Shown here piece by piece: positions 24,758 through 35,378 of a stretch of 64,000 nt of DNA; position 1 is the first letter of the stretch; every line of letters starts with the position of its first letter. The DNA comes from Mucilaginibacter sp. (GTDB taxonomy: Bacteria; Bacteroidota; Bacteroidia; Sphingobacteriales; Sphingobacteriaceae). The position numbers and the translations under genes were made by a program. The notes below the pieces were generated by a model that worked only from the letters and a program-made list of their open reading frames with translations, did not search any database and had not been told where the DNA came from. The stretch lies in NCBI GenBank assembly GCA_965200995.1, contig OZ241743.1. The stretch is one strand, 5' to 3'.

Positions 24758-27244
24758 ATGAGAGTTTTTGCTTTTATACTATGTGCTCTTTTTGCCTGTA
24801 ATGTAAAAGGCTACGCGCAAAGCAGTGCATCGGGAGCTGGAAATATCACCTCCCGCCTTGAAGCTTTTTATTCATCCCATGTAATGGAAAAGGCTTACCT
24901 GCATACAGACAAACCTTATTATGCTGCGGGTGATACCCTATGGTTTAAAGCCTATGTAACTATAGGCGAAGATCATAAACCTACTCCGCTAAGCCGGGTA
25001 CTGCATGCCGACCTTGTTAACCCAGATTTGAGCATACACCATAGCATCAGGCTTGAAATTGCTAATGGATTAGCATGGGGCAGCATTATTTTACCTGACA
25101 CGCTACCTGCAGGCAATTATCGCATCAGGGCCTATACGCAATGGATGAAAAATGAGGGAGAAGCCGCCTTCTTTGATAAAGTAATACCTATAGGTTCGGT
25201 AAATGAGCACCATCCGGTGGCAAAAACCGCCGTTGTTAATACTCCGGTTTCTGCAAATCAACCTGCTACTCAATTTTTTCCGGAGGGAGGCATCCTGATA
25301 GCCGGCATACGCACAAAAACAGCGTTTAAAGCTGTTGCGGCCAACGGAAAAGGGATTGCCGTGAAAGGAATAATCAAGGATGATCTGAATAACGAAATCA
25401 AACGGTTCGAATCTGCTCACTTAGGCATGGGCGCGCTGGTATTTATACCGGCTGAAGGCAGAACGTACAAGGCCCTGTTAACCTATGCCGATGGCAGCAA
25501 GAACACTGTAAAGTTACCGGTGGTACAACAAAGTGGCATCACGCTTATTGTTAACAATAACCTTAAAGACAAGTTGAACATTTTGGTGGCAGCCAACCAA
25601 AGCTTTTATAAAGAAAACCAGGGGCAATCTTTTTTTATCACGATAAAATCAGGCGGTATTATTAAAACCTATAGCAGTAAGCTCGATGTACCGCAACTTG
25701 ATATTAACCTGCTTAAAAATCAACTATCTTCAGGTATTGCCCAAATTACCTTGCTTTCAGCAAAGCAGGAGCCTTTAGCGGAGCGACTTGCCTTTATCCA
25801 ATCGGCTGATATCATAAACATCCACCTGCAAACCAGTCAGCCCAGCTACCAGCCCCGCCAGCAAGTACAGCTCAATATAAAATCAACCAATGCAGTTTCA
25901 CAACCCGATAGCGGGCATTTGTCAATCGCCGTAATTGATGAAACCCGTGTACCCTTTCAGGAAAATGATGAAACCACATTGCTGACCTATCAGTTGCTTA
26001 CCTCCGAGTTAAAGGGTTACATTGAGGAACCTAACTACTACTTTATTCAAAACAGTGCGGACAGCGAAGCCAATTTAGATTTATTAATGCTGACACAGGG
26101 GTACCGGAAATTTACATGGAAAAGTATTATGAATGCCGAGGCCATGCCGGTAAAGTGGAAAGCAGAAAGAACATTATCCATACAGGGTTTAGCCACACGC
26201 TTGAACGGCAAACCGTTAATTAAAGGTACCATCAATTTGGTACCAACTGGCCAGGGGCCGTTACTAACCACGCAAACTGACAGTTCGGGCAGGTATAGCT
26301 TTTCTAATTTGATATTTTATGATACTACCCGCTTTGTATTAAACGCGATTAACGAAAAGGGTAAAAATTCAACAAAGATCATCTACCAGGCCGCCAAAAA
26401 TGAACCTGTGCAAACATCTTACCTAACAGGAGCAGAAACGGCGGATTACACCATGCAAACCTATCTTAGCCATGTGCGTAATGCTGCAATTGTAGCCGGA
26501 GATTACGAAAAAATTAAAGGCCGTTTACTGCAGGAGATACAAATTAAGGCCAAAAGGCCCGAATATAACTATCGGTCTTCAAACCTGGGCGGCCCAGGCT
26601 ATGCCGACCAGGTGATCCATGCAAAAGATCTGGTAAACAGCACATTGTTAGGTGATGCACTGCAGGGCATAGTAAGAGGAGTGGATTTTCACGGCGGAAA
26701 TAATCCGGCAGGGGGCGCACCTTACCTCAGAGGCTTTAATACCGGGCCAATGCAAATTGTACTTGATGGCGCAATTATGCCTGCTATTGATGTAAGCGAC
26801 GATGGCAGGACTACAGGATTTTCCCTGAACGCTCTTAATATTAATGATATTGAAACCATAGAAATACTTAAATTTTCCAATGCCAGTATTTATGGCATGA
26901 ATGCCGGCAACGGTGTAATTGTTATTACTACCAAAACAGGTGCAGAACCCAACAGCAGGAGTTCAAGCGCCGTTGGATTATTACCTATTGCCGTTGATGG
27001 CTTCTACAAAGGACGCGAGTTTTATGCACCGCAGTATACCGTTAGCAATACGCAGTTACAAACCGGCAAAGATTTGCGTACCACTATTTTCTGGAAACCT
27101 GAAATTACAACCAATAGCAACGGTGAAGCCAGCCTAAGCTATTATAATGCTGATACGCCGGGTAATTACAAAATTATAGTGGAAGGTATGGATAACAATG
27201 GCCGCTTAGGCAGGCAGGTAATTAAGTACAAAGTAGAGCAGTAA
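24758..27244 (+). CDS. Secreted large protein with N-terminal MG2/CarbopepD_reg-like domains and a TonB-dependent-receptor Plug domain but no beta-barrel
   Basis: Preferred start is MRVFAFILCALFACNVKGYAQ, a signal peptide. The segments YLHTDKPYYAAGDTLWFKAYV and INDIETIEILKFSNASIYGMNAGNGVIVITTK are plug-like. The protein ends about 100 aa after the plug. Confidence 0.7.
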   Translation: MRVFAFILCALFACNVKGYAQSSASGAGNITSRLEAFYSSHVMEKAYLHTDKPYYAAGDTLWFKAYVTIGEDHKPTPLSRVLHADLVNPDLSIHHSIRLEIANGLAWGSIILPDTLPAGNYRIRAYTQWMKNEGEAAFFDKVIPIGSVNEHHPVAKTAVVNTPVSANQPATQFFPEGGILIAGIRTKTAFKAVAANGKGIAVKGIIKDDLNNEIKRFESAHLGMGALVFIPAEGRTYKALLTYADGSKNTVKLPVVQQSGITLIVNNNLKDKLNILVAANQSFYKENQGQSFFITIKSGGIIKTYSSKLDVPQLDINLLKNQLSSGIAQITLLSAKQEPLAERLAFIQSADIINIHLQTSQPSYQPRQQVQLNIKSTNAVSQPDSGHLSIAVIDETRVPFQENDETTLLTYQLLTSELKGYIEEPNYYFIQNSADSEANLDLLMLTQGYRKFTWKSIMNAEAMPVKWKAERTLSIQGLATRLNGKPLIKGTINLVPTGQGPLLTTQTDSSGRYSFSNLIFYDTTRFVLNAINEKGKNSTKIIYQAAKNEPVQTSYLTGAETADYTMQTYLSHVRNAAIVAGDYEKIKGRLLQEIQIKAKRPEYNYRSSNLGGPGYADQVIHAKDLVNSTLLGDALQGIVRGVDFHGGNNPAGGAPYLRGFNTGPMQIVLDGAIMPAIDVSDDGRTTGFSLNALNINDIETIEILKFSNASIYGMNAGNGVIVITTKTGAEPNSRSSSAVGLLPIAVDGFYKGREFYAPQYTVSNTQLQTGKDLRTTIFWKPEITTNSNGEASLSYYNADTPGNYKIIVEGMDNNGRLGRQVIKYKVEQ

Positions 27245-27316
27245 ATTTAAAGTTTACTGCGCTGCTTTGTACACGTTAAGTTTGCGGCTTAATTATTCCT
27301 TATAATCATTATCCTG

Positions 27317-28126
27317 TTACATTCCCGGCAGTTTAATGCCCGATTGCTTTAAATCCTGCACCATGCGTTCCTGCAGGGCCAATTTGGCGGTTAAAAAATG
27401 CTGGGGGTTCACCCATACACGGGCAGTAAAACGCATTCCGTCGGCTTCCAACAGCTTGATACCCACAAACCGCACAGGGTCGGTTAAAATATCTTCGGTG
27501 CTGTCGATAGATTGATTGATGATTTGCTTTACCTGCTCTACGTCAGCCCCGTAATTAAGTTTGATTTCCACATCCAGTCTGCGGCTGCCCTGGCGGCTTA
27601 CGTTTACAATTACTTCGTTAAATAACTTACCATTGGGGATGATGACCGTCCGGTTATCAAAGGTGAGCAGCTCGGTATAAAATATCTGAATAGAAGTAAC
27701 CACACCATCCTGCCCCTGTGCAATAATGTTATCGTCCAGCTCAAACGGGCGTAATAGTAAAATAAGAACGCCGCCGGCAAAGTTTTGCAAGGTTCCTGAT
27801 AGCGCCAAACCGGCTGCAACACTAAAGGCGCCAATAACTGCAGTAAATATGGTTAACTCAAAGCCAATAATCTGCATAACTACAACGAACAACAGTACAT
27901 TGAGCGCAGTTATAGTCAGGCTGATCAGGAAGGGCTGTAGTGAGGAATGAACCTGCTTGCGGTTCATGTGGTTTTGCAGGTACCGTTTTAGAAAATTAAT
28001 CAGCCATAAGCCAATGAGTAAGATAAGTATGCCTGCAATGAAATTTGGCCCGTGATTTACGAGCCAGTCAACAGATTTATTGTATATTTTAAGAAAGTCC
28101 ATAGCTTGTACTACAAACTTATACAC
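27317..28126 (-). CDS. mscS: Small-conductance mechanosensitive channel (MscS family)
   Basis: 269 aa. TM helices followed by GGVLILLLRPFELDDNIIAQGQDGVVTSIQIFYTELLTFDNRTVIIPNGKLFN. An alternative start is at 28102 (MDFLK). Confidence 0.88.
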   Translation of the reverse strand: MYKFVVQAMDFLKIYNKSVDWLVNHGPNFIAGILILLIGLWLINFLKRYLQNHMNRKQVHSSLQPFLISLTITALNVLLFVVVMQIIGFELTIFTAVIGAFSVAAGLALSGTLQNFAGGVLILLLRPFELDDNIIAQGQDGVVTSIQIFYTELLTFDNRTVIIPNGKLFNEVIVNVSRQGSRRLDVEIKLNYGADVEQVKQIINQSIDSTEDILTDPVRFVGIKLLEADGMRFTARVWVNPQHFLTAKLALQERMVQDLKQSGIKLPGM

Positions 28127-28406
28127 TACACAGTTTTACGCCATGAAGCTATGAATTATTTCAGGGCCATTGTAAGCTACCCACTGAATAATCTTTGATT
28201 GTATCTGCTTTCTATTTTGGAAGATCTGCTTCATAATGTATAAGATTATTCAAACGCTGTGCCTCAGTACTGATTGTTTCCCATATTTATCAACATCTGG
28301 CCCAAATTATAGATAATTCAGTTCAAACTAATCAATCGATTAATACATCACCTTTAAATACGGCCTTTAAATAACACATAAGCACTTCTGTATAGTATAC
28401 AAAACA

Positions 28407-28440
28407 AAAAACCCTGTCTGAAAAATCAGACAGGGTTTTG
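28407..28440 (-). terminator. Intrinsic terminator of groEL
   Basis: aaaaaccctgtctga aaaa tcagacagggttttg. On the minus strand the stem is followed by UUUUUUGUUUU. It lies 21 nt after the groEL stop. Confidence 0.85.
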
Positions 28441-28461
28441 AAATATGACTTAAGCGTATGA

Positions 28462-30108
<1,647 letters not shown>

Positions 30109-30122
30109 TTAATTCAAATATT

Positions 30123-30212
30123 GAATGAGTGATTGATTGCATGAGTGAATGAAGTTTAGCGGAATGATTAATGATGATTATTTGCTATGCACAATCAATC
30201 ATTCCTTCATTC
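30123..30212 (-). repeat. Long imperfect hairpin built of GAATGA-type units in the groES-groEL spacer
   Basis: On the mRNA strand, GGAATGAAGGAATGATT ... AATCATTCC gctaaa CTTCATTC, plus outer GATTGATTG/CAATCAATC pairing. It occupies most of the 128-nt spacer. Confidence 0.6.
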
Positions 30213-30230
30213 CATCCTCCATACATTGAT

Positions 30231-30506
30231 TTACAGAACTGCGTAAATATCAGATTCGCGCATGATCAAATATTCAGTGCCTTCATAAGTGATTTCAGTG
30301 CCTGAATATTTACCGTATAAAACCTTATCACCAACTTTTACTGTAAGCGGCTCGTCTTTTTTTCCTTCGCCCACGGCAACTATAGTACCTTGCTGAGGTT
30401 TTTCCTTTGCTGTGTCAGGAATAAAGATACCTGAGGCAGTCTTCTCTTCGGCAGGAGCAGCCTCTACTACTACCCTGTCTCCAATAGGCTTAATGTTTAC
30501 TGACAT
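30231..30506 (-). CDS. groS: Co-chaperonin GroES
   Basis: 91 aa. [44 protein letters not shown]. Confidence 0.98.
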   Translation of the reverse strand: MSVNIKPIGDRVVVEAAPAEEKTASGIFIPDTAKEKPQQGTIVAVGEGKKDEPLTVKVGDKVLYGKYSGTEITYEGTEYLIMRESDIYAVL

Positions 30507-30670
30507 AATTATAATTTAATATTGATTTGAAAATTTAATTTCTGTTTGCACTTGCACAGCAATTGTGCCAAACCGCTTAGTGCGTAGCAATTGACAGTTT
30601 ACAGCTGTTGTAATGTCATGATATAGTGATTTGCGGCTGGCAAATGCCATGATGACAGCTAATTCTTAAA

Positions 30671-30703
30671 ATTAAAAAAGGCCCTGAATTACATTCAAAG
30701 CCT
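30671..30703 (-). terminator. Intrinsic terminator of secG
   Basis: Minus-strand RNA AGGCUUUGAA UGUAA UUCAGGGCCU forms a 10-bp stem with 2 G-U pairs, followed by UUUUUAAUUUU. It lies 19 nt after the secG stop. Confidence 0.75.
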
Positions 30704-30722
30704 TTTTTAATAGTATAGTAAA

Positions 30723-31094
30723 TTACTGTTTCTTTTGAGGGGTTGCAGCAGGCGCGGCCGGTTTGGCAGCGCTCGGCTGTAAATTAATCGGAGCCGTACT
30801 TACCGGTGCGTTAGGCTTTGAAGCCTTTTGTATCTGGTCGCGGTACTCAGAGCCCGCAGTACTGGCAGGGGCTGTTTTTACCGCTACATTAATACCTAAA
30901 GAAAGCACCATTAAAGCAATGGCCAGTACCCAGGTACCTTTTTCTAAAATATCACCTGTTTTTTGTACGCCCAGCAATTGCGATGAGCTGGAAAAGTTAG
31001 AAGTTAAACCGCCGCCTTTAGGATTTTGTACCAGCACAATAGCGGCCAGTAACAGGCAAACAAGAATGGCCAGAATTAATAACAGTGTATACAT
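30723..31094 (-). CDS. secG: Preprotein translocase subunit SecG
   Basis: 123 aa. Contains LLAAIVLVQNPKGGGLTSNFSSS...GTWVLAIALMVLSL and a Pro/Ala-rich tail. Confidence 0.88.
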   Translation of the reverse strand: MYTLLLILAILVCLLLAAIVLVQNPKGGGLTSNFSSSSQLLGVQKTGDILEKGTWVLAIALMVLSLGINVAVKTAPASTAGSEYRDQIQKASKPNAPVSTAPINLQPSAAKPAAPAATPQKKQ

Positions 31095-31104
31095 TGTAGT
31101 ATGA

Positions 31105-33114
31105 TTAACTTATTTTTTGTTGCAATAACGTGATTTGGCCCGCAAAGTAAGTGCTTTTTTCCGGCAATTTCAACATTAATTTTCTGTAAGTAGCTATCGC
31201 TTTTGCATATAGCATCTGGTCGGTATAAATGCGGGCAAGCGTTTCGGTAATCAGCTCATCCTGGTCTTCGGCGCTGCGCTTGGCCTTGTTTTCGCTGCCC
31301 AGCTTATCACCGCTGGGCGGCTTAATCTGCGGCTCCTCCTGTACAAAGCGCTCAATAATCTTATGCTCCTTCTGGCGCACCTCCGAGGTATCAGCCTGTA
31401 CAGCATCAGCAGCGTTAATATTTTCAGAAGGTATATAAGGAGTTACATCTGCTGCCGGGCCGGGCTGGGCATAGGCACTTTGCTGCGCCTGGTGTTCATC
31501 GCCCTGCGGTGGCTGCGGTTTGGCATAAGGCTGATAGATGCCTGCGTGTTCGCGGCGGGTTTTATCCAGCCACCACATAAAGGAGTAAGGCATCTTTTCA
31601 TCGTGGTATTTGGAAACATCGCTGGCGCTTTCTCCGGCAACAGGCCCCGGCGATGCTGTAATCTGCGGAATTGAAATTGCGGCCTGCGCTTTGGCAGCAG
31701 CGGCTGCCTCCGTGGGGTTACGATCCCGGAATGCCTTATCAAAAATAAAATAATCCGTAGCGGCTATGTTTTCGATGATCAGTTTTTCAGTGATATCAGC
31801 CACTTTCGGGGCAGCATCGCTTACCGGCTGCGCCTGATGGTCAACTACGGGTTCTTCTTCGGCCTGATCGGCTATGGCCGCATGATATTCATCCGCATCC
31901 TGCTGCTCTCCATTGCTTTCTGTTCCCGGATAGGTCAATTCTGCCTGGGTATAAATATCAGCTGGTGCCTGTAGATGCGCTGTTGCTTCAGTTTCATCAG
32001 TTGCTGAATCAAAAAGGAAAGTTTCGTTACCCCCGTTATCATCAGCTACCGCAGCTTCTTCAGTTTCCGGCAGGGTATGGATGGTATTGTGTGCCGCTAA
32101 AGCTTTATCTTCTGCCGTTGCAGGCTCAACAGCAATCACTTCCCCGCCTTCATGATTCCCCTGCTCACCAGGCGGCATTGCTGCTTGTGAAATTTCAAGG
32201 GCTGGCACTGCTGCCAACGTACCCTCCCCATGTATGGCATCGGGGCGTTCCCCAATCTCAGGTTTTACCTGCTCCTGTTCAGGTGATGGAAACTCATCAT
32301 CGCCGGCTAAAGGTGTCGCCCCGGTAACGGCAACCAGGCTATTGATTGGGGTAAAGTTAATATCTTCTATCCCTACAATTTCATCATAGATTTCGTCTTC
32401 ATCCTCGGCTACCGGCGGCACATGGGTAATTACCGGCGGCGTTACCGCTGCCGGCTCAGCGGCACCTTCTTCAATGGTTTCTCCGGGTATATATTCCCCG
32501 TTTAAAGGCAGCGCAGCGGCAGGTTCGGCCACAGGCTCTTCCTGCTCGTCTGGCGGAATAATGGTTTCAATAACCGGGCTTCCTGGTTCTGATGCAGGGA
32601 TCTGAACTTCCTGCTCCTCTGTTTCATCACTGATAGCTTCTTCTGCCGGGGCTGTGGCTGATAACAACCCGGTGCGATGATCAGTTTCACCCAATAACTG
32701 GCCGGCGTTTTCATTTTCTGCAGCTTCGGTATTTTCAGTTTCAGGCAAGGCAGCAGGAACTTCTTCAGGAGCGGCTGCTTCAGTTCCGGCCTGCATATCT
32801 CCGGCTGTTTGGGGAGCGGCTTCAGTTGCTGCCTGCTGCGGTGCAGTTGCTATCAATTGCTCATCAGTTACGGTCGGCAACGTATGTACCGCATGTGCCA
32901 GCTTATACAAGGCGGCGCTTTCAAAATAAACACCGGCATGTTTTAAGGCAGCCCGGTTTACGGTTGTGGCATACAGGGCCTGCAGTAAACCGCATTGGGG
33001 ATCATCCTGCACCAGTTGCTTTAAAAGATTTTTACCTGTTAAAGTTGCATTGGCGGAATTTTGCAGTAATTCCTGTAAAAGCTGGTTTTGCTGAGCGGTA
33101 TAATCCTGTTCCAT
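31105..33114 (-). CDS. Hypothetical highly acidic, low-complexity (E/A/P/T/Q-rich) protein with structured N- and C-terminal ends
   Basis: 669 aa. It has long runs such as EAAPQTAGDMQAGTEAAAPEEVPAALPETENTEAAENE. The C-terminal ~60 aa (LARIYTDQMLYAKAIATYRKLMLKLPEKSTYFAGQI) is TPR-like. The gene is tightly packed between lptE and secG. Confidence 0.7.
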   Translation of the reverse strand: MEQDYTAQQNQLLQELLQNSANATLTGKNLLKQLVQDDPQCGLLQALYATTVNRAALKHAGVYFESAALYKLAHAVHTLPTVTDEQLIATAPQQAATEAAPQTAGDMQAGTEAAAPEEVPAALPETENTEAAENENAGQLLGETDHRTGLLSATAPAEEAISDETEEQEVQIPASEPGSPVIETIIPPDEQEEPVAEPAAALPLNGEYIPGETIEEGAAEPAAVTPPVITHVPPVAEDEDEIYDEIVGIEDINFTPINSLVAVTGATPLAGDDEFPSPEQEQVKPEIGERPDAIHGEGTLAAVPALEISQAAMPPGEQGNHEGGEVIAVEPATAEDKALAAHNTIHTLPETEEAAVADDNGGNETFLFDSATDETEATAHLQAPADIYTQAELTYPGTESNGEQQDADEYHAAIADQAEEEPVVDHQAQPVSDAAPKVADITEKLIIENIAATDYFIFDKAFRDRNPTEAAAAAKAQAAISIPQITASPGPVAGESASDVSKYHDEKMPYSFMWWLDKTRREHAGIYQPYAKPQPPQGDEHQAQQSAYAQPGPAADVTPYIPSENINAADAVQADTSEVRQKEHKIIERFVQEEPQIKPPSGDKLGSENKAKRSAEDQDELITETLARIYTDQMLYAKAIATYRKLMLKLPEKSTYFAGQITLLQQKIS

Positions 33115-33143
33115 AATTGTGCGAGGTTGAAACTATGAAATTC

Positions 33144-33677
33144 CTACCAATTTGCAAAGGCCCGGTTAAAAATATCTTCGGTAAGCTGCTGGTTGATGCG
33201 CTGTATCAGCGTTTGCTCCTGGGCAGCCAGATCACCCGAAAAATCGACAAAACGCGTAAAGCTTTGCTCGTAATTATACTTTTTCTCGAAAGCGTTTACA
33301 TATTTTACGTTTACAGTGATGGATAAACGGGTAGCATTGGCTATGGGCGCCTGGTTATTATTGGTGGCCTGCACCGATACCGGCGCCAGCGTGTAGCTGG
33401 TAATAGCGCCGGTAAGGCTGGCCCCGGTTGCAGCAGCGCCAACTTCGGGGTTTTGGGTGAGTACCAGCCGGGTTTGCGAGCGGATGCGGTTTTTTAAAGC
33501 CTCCGTAAATGCCTGGCTCAGGTTAGATACCACTAAAGGGGCCGTATTTTCAAAATAGCCCACATAGATGTTTTTCATTTCACCGGGTATAGAAGCGCCG
33601 CTCAGGCTTACCGAGCAGGATGGAAATAAGCCGATGATGGCTATCAGTACAGCAACTACAATACGATATCTTTTCAT
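33144..33677 (-). CDS. lptE: LptE-like LPS-assembly lipoprotein
   Basis: 177 aa. Lipobox LFPSCS. Size and position next to secG and the sigma-54 activator are typical of Bacteroidota. The family call is from memory of this neighbourhood, not from motifs. Confidence 0.55.
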   Translation of the reverse strand: MKRYRIVVAVLIAIIGLFPSCSVSLSGASIPGEMKNIYVGYFENTAPLVVSNLSQAFTEALKNRIRSQTRLVLTQNPEVGAAATGASLTGAITSYTLAPVSVQATNNNQAPIANATRLSITVNVKYVNAFEKKYNYEQSFTRFVDFSGDLAAQEQTLIQRINQQLTEDIFNRAFANW

Positions 33678-33685
33678 TAATGCTT

Positions 33686-34921
33686 TTATAAATTCAGTTC
33701 TTTAATTTTACGGTACAGGGTACGCTCGGATATGCCCAGCTCATTGGCGGCCAGTTTGCGTTTGCCCTTATGCTTCTTTAGCGCCTTGCGTATTAAATCC
33801 GATTCTTTTTCTATCAGGGATAACGATTCTTCTACCTCTTCCGCGTGGTGGGTAATAAAACTATCATTAGCCGCCGGCTGGGCAGAAGGCGGCTGTATGG
33901 TAAACTGCGGCTGTTCCTGGTGTACCGGCAATTCCAGGTCGGGATAAATTTTATTAAGCGTTTGAATGTTGCCGCTATAATTACCCGGCCCGGCGCCATT
34001 CTCAATAATCTCAGCCACCAGCTTTTTCAGCTCCACCATATCGCGCTTCATGTCAAACAATACCTTATACAAGATGTCGCGCTCCGAAAAATCTTCCTTC
34101 GGCTGGTTTTCTACCCGCATAGGCAGCGTACTGCGGCCGCTCTCATAAGGGATATAAGTTTGCATGGTTTGAGCCGTAATGGTACGGTCGCGCTCTAATA
34201 CGGCCAACTGCTCGGCCATATTTTTTAGCTGCCGTACATTGCCGGGCCATGAGTAGTTCATGAGTATTTGCTGCGCGCCTTCATCCAGTTGGATAGGCGG
34301 CGTGCGGTACTTATCGGTAAAGTCGGCCGCAAACTTGCGGAACAGCAGGTAAATATCCTCTTTACGGTCGCGCAGGGGCGGGATGCGCAGGGGAACGGTA
34401 TTCAGGCGGTAGTATAAATCTTCGCGAAACTTACCCGATTTTACCGCTTCATATACATCTACATTGGTAGCCGCTGTTACCCGAACGTTGGTTTTTTCTA
34501 CCTTAGAGGAACCGACACGGATAAACTGCCCCGACTCCAGCACCCGCAGCAAACGGGCCTGGGTACCCAGCGGCATCTCACCTATTTCATCCAAAAAAAT
34601 GGTGCCGCCGTTCACCGTTTCAAAATAGCCTTTACGCTCGCCTACCGCACCTGTGTAAGCGCCTTTTTCGTGCCCAAACAATTCCGAATCGATTGTCCCC
34701 TCGGGTATGGCGCCGCAGTTCACCGCAATAAAGGGCCCGTGCTTGCGCGGACTCAGCTGATGGATAATGTGCGAAAACGCCTCTTTTCCGCTACCGCTTT
34801 CGCCGGTTATCAGCACCGAAATATCGGTAGGCGCAACCTGGTTGGCTATGTCTATCGCCCTGTTCAGCAACGGCGAATTGCCGATGATGCCAAAGCGTTG
34901 TTTTATTTCCTGTACATTCAT
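33686..34921 (-). CDS. Sigma-54-dependent transcriptional activator (AAA+ plus Fis-type HTH) without an N-terminal sensory domain
   Basis: Walker A GESGSGKE, the sigma-54 contact loop as GAYTGA (rc of 34646-34663), the RVTAATN arginine-finger region and C-terminal LGISERTLYRKIKEL. The track start at 34936 is TTG, so I prefer the ATG at 34921 (MNVQEIK). Confidence 0.9.
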   Translation of the reverse strand: MNVQEIKQRFGIIGNSPLLNRAIDIANQVAPTDISVLITGESGSGKEAFSHIIHQLSPRKHGPFIAVNCGAIPEGTIDSELFGHEKGAYTGAVGERKGYFETVNGGTIFLDEIGEMPLGTQARLLRVLESGQFIRVGSSKVEKTNVRVTAATNVDVYEAVKSGKFREDLYYRLNTVPLRIPPLRDRKEDIYLLFRKFAADFTDKYRTPPIQLDEGAQQILMNYSWPGNVRQLKNMAEQLAVLERDRTITAQTMQTYIPYESGRSTLPMRVENQPKEDFSERDILYKVLFDMKRDMVELKKLVAEIIENGAGPGNYSGNIQTLNKIYPDLELPVHQEQPQFTIQPPSAQPAANDSFITHHAEEVEESLSLIEKESDLIRKALKKHKGKRKLAANELGISERTLYRKIKELNL

Positions 34922-34930
34922 TTTTAAGGG

Positions 34931-34953
34931 AATCAAGAGTTAAGAATCAGGAA
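34931..34953. repeat. Left imperfect inverted repeat flanking the four-helix-bundle gene
   Basis: aatcaagagttaagaatcaggaa matches the reverse complement of 35379-35401 (aaccaagagtcaggaatcaggat) at 19 of 23 positions without gaps. Confidence 0.6.
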
Positions 34954-34981
34954 TCAAGATGGTGTACATTCTTAACCATGT

Positions 34982-35368
34982 TTAGATAGATGTGATTTTT
35001 GCGTCAGTCAAAATATATTCACGAAAATTGAAAAGCATTTTTTGAATTTCACTGATTAGTTCCAAGAGTTGTTTCAATAATTCCTTTGAACCATAGGTCC
35101 TGCGCTCACAATTCAGTAATTGTGTTTCCAATTTATACAATGATGATATGGGAGTTGACAAAAATTCAGCAAAGTGCAGACTTGTTCGTTTTCCTGTGCC
35201 TTCGGCTATATTTGATGGGACGGATACAGAGCACCTGTTAATTTGATCTATTAAATTATACTTCTCATTAACAGGTAGTCCTTTTGAATATTCAAAAACC
35301 AAATCAGCCAAATCCATTGATTTCTGCCAGACTTTCAAATTCTTGAAGTTATGCCGTGTAGTACTCAT
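34982..35368 (-). CDS. Four-helix-bundle protein (23S rRNA intervening-sequence protein / bAvd family)
   Basis: 128 aa. FKNLKVWQKSMDLADLVFEYSKGLPVNEKYNLIDQINRCSVSVPSNIAEGTGKRTSLHFAEFL is the hallmark of this family (TIGR02436-type). Confidence 0.85.
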   Translation of the reverse strand: MSTTRHNFKNLKVWQKSMDLADLVFEYSKGLPVNEKYNLIDQINRCSVSVPSNIAEGTGKRTSLHFAEFLSTPISSLYKLETQLLNCERRTYGSKELLKQLLELISEIQKMLFNFREYILTDAKITSI

Positions 35369-35378
35369 TCAGATATTT

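Noticed and set aside
30540-30610. Possible sigma-54 promoter (TGGCACAATTGCTGTGCA on the minus strand) or CIRCE heat-shock operator (TTAGTGC..., GCACT/AGTGC inverted repeat) upstream of groES
   Set aside because: The TTGC follows TGGCAC after 2 nt instead of 5, and the alternative TGC is 2 nt too far, so the GG-N10-GC spacing is not met. The GCACT/AGTGC arms are only 5 bp and 27 nt apart, whereas CIRCE is TTAGCACTC-N9-GAGTGCTAA.
34982-35368. Four-helix-bundle (Avd-like) gene as part of a diversity-generating retroelement
   Set aside because: There is no reverse transcriptase gene anywhere in the window, and I could find no template/variable repeat pair around it.
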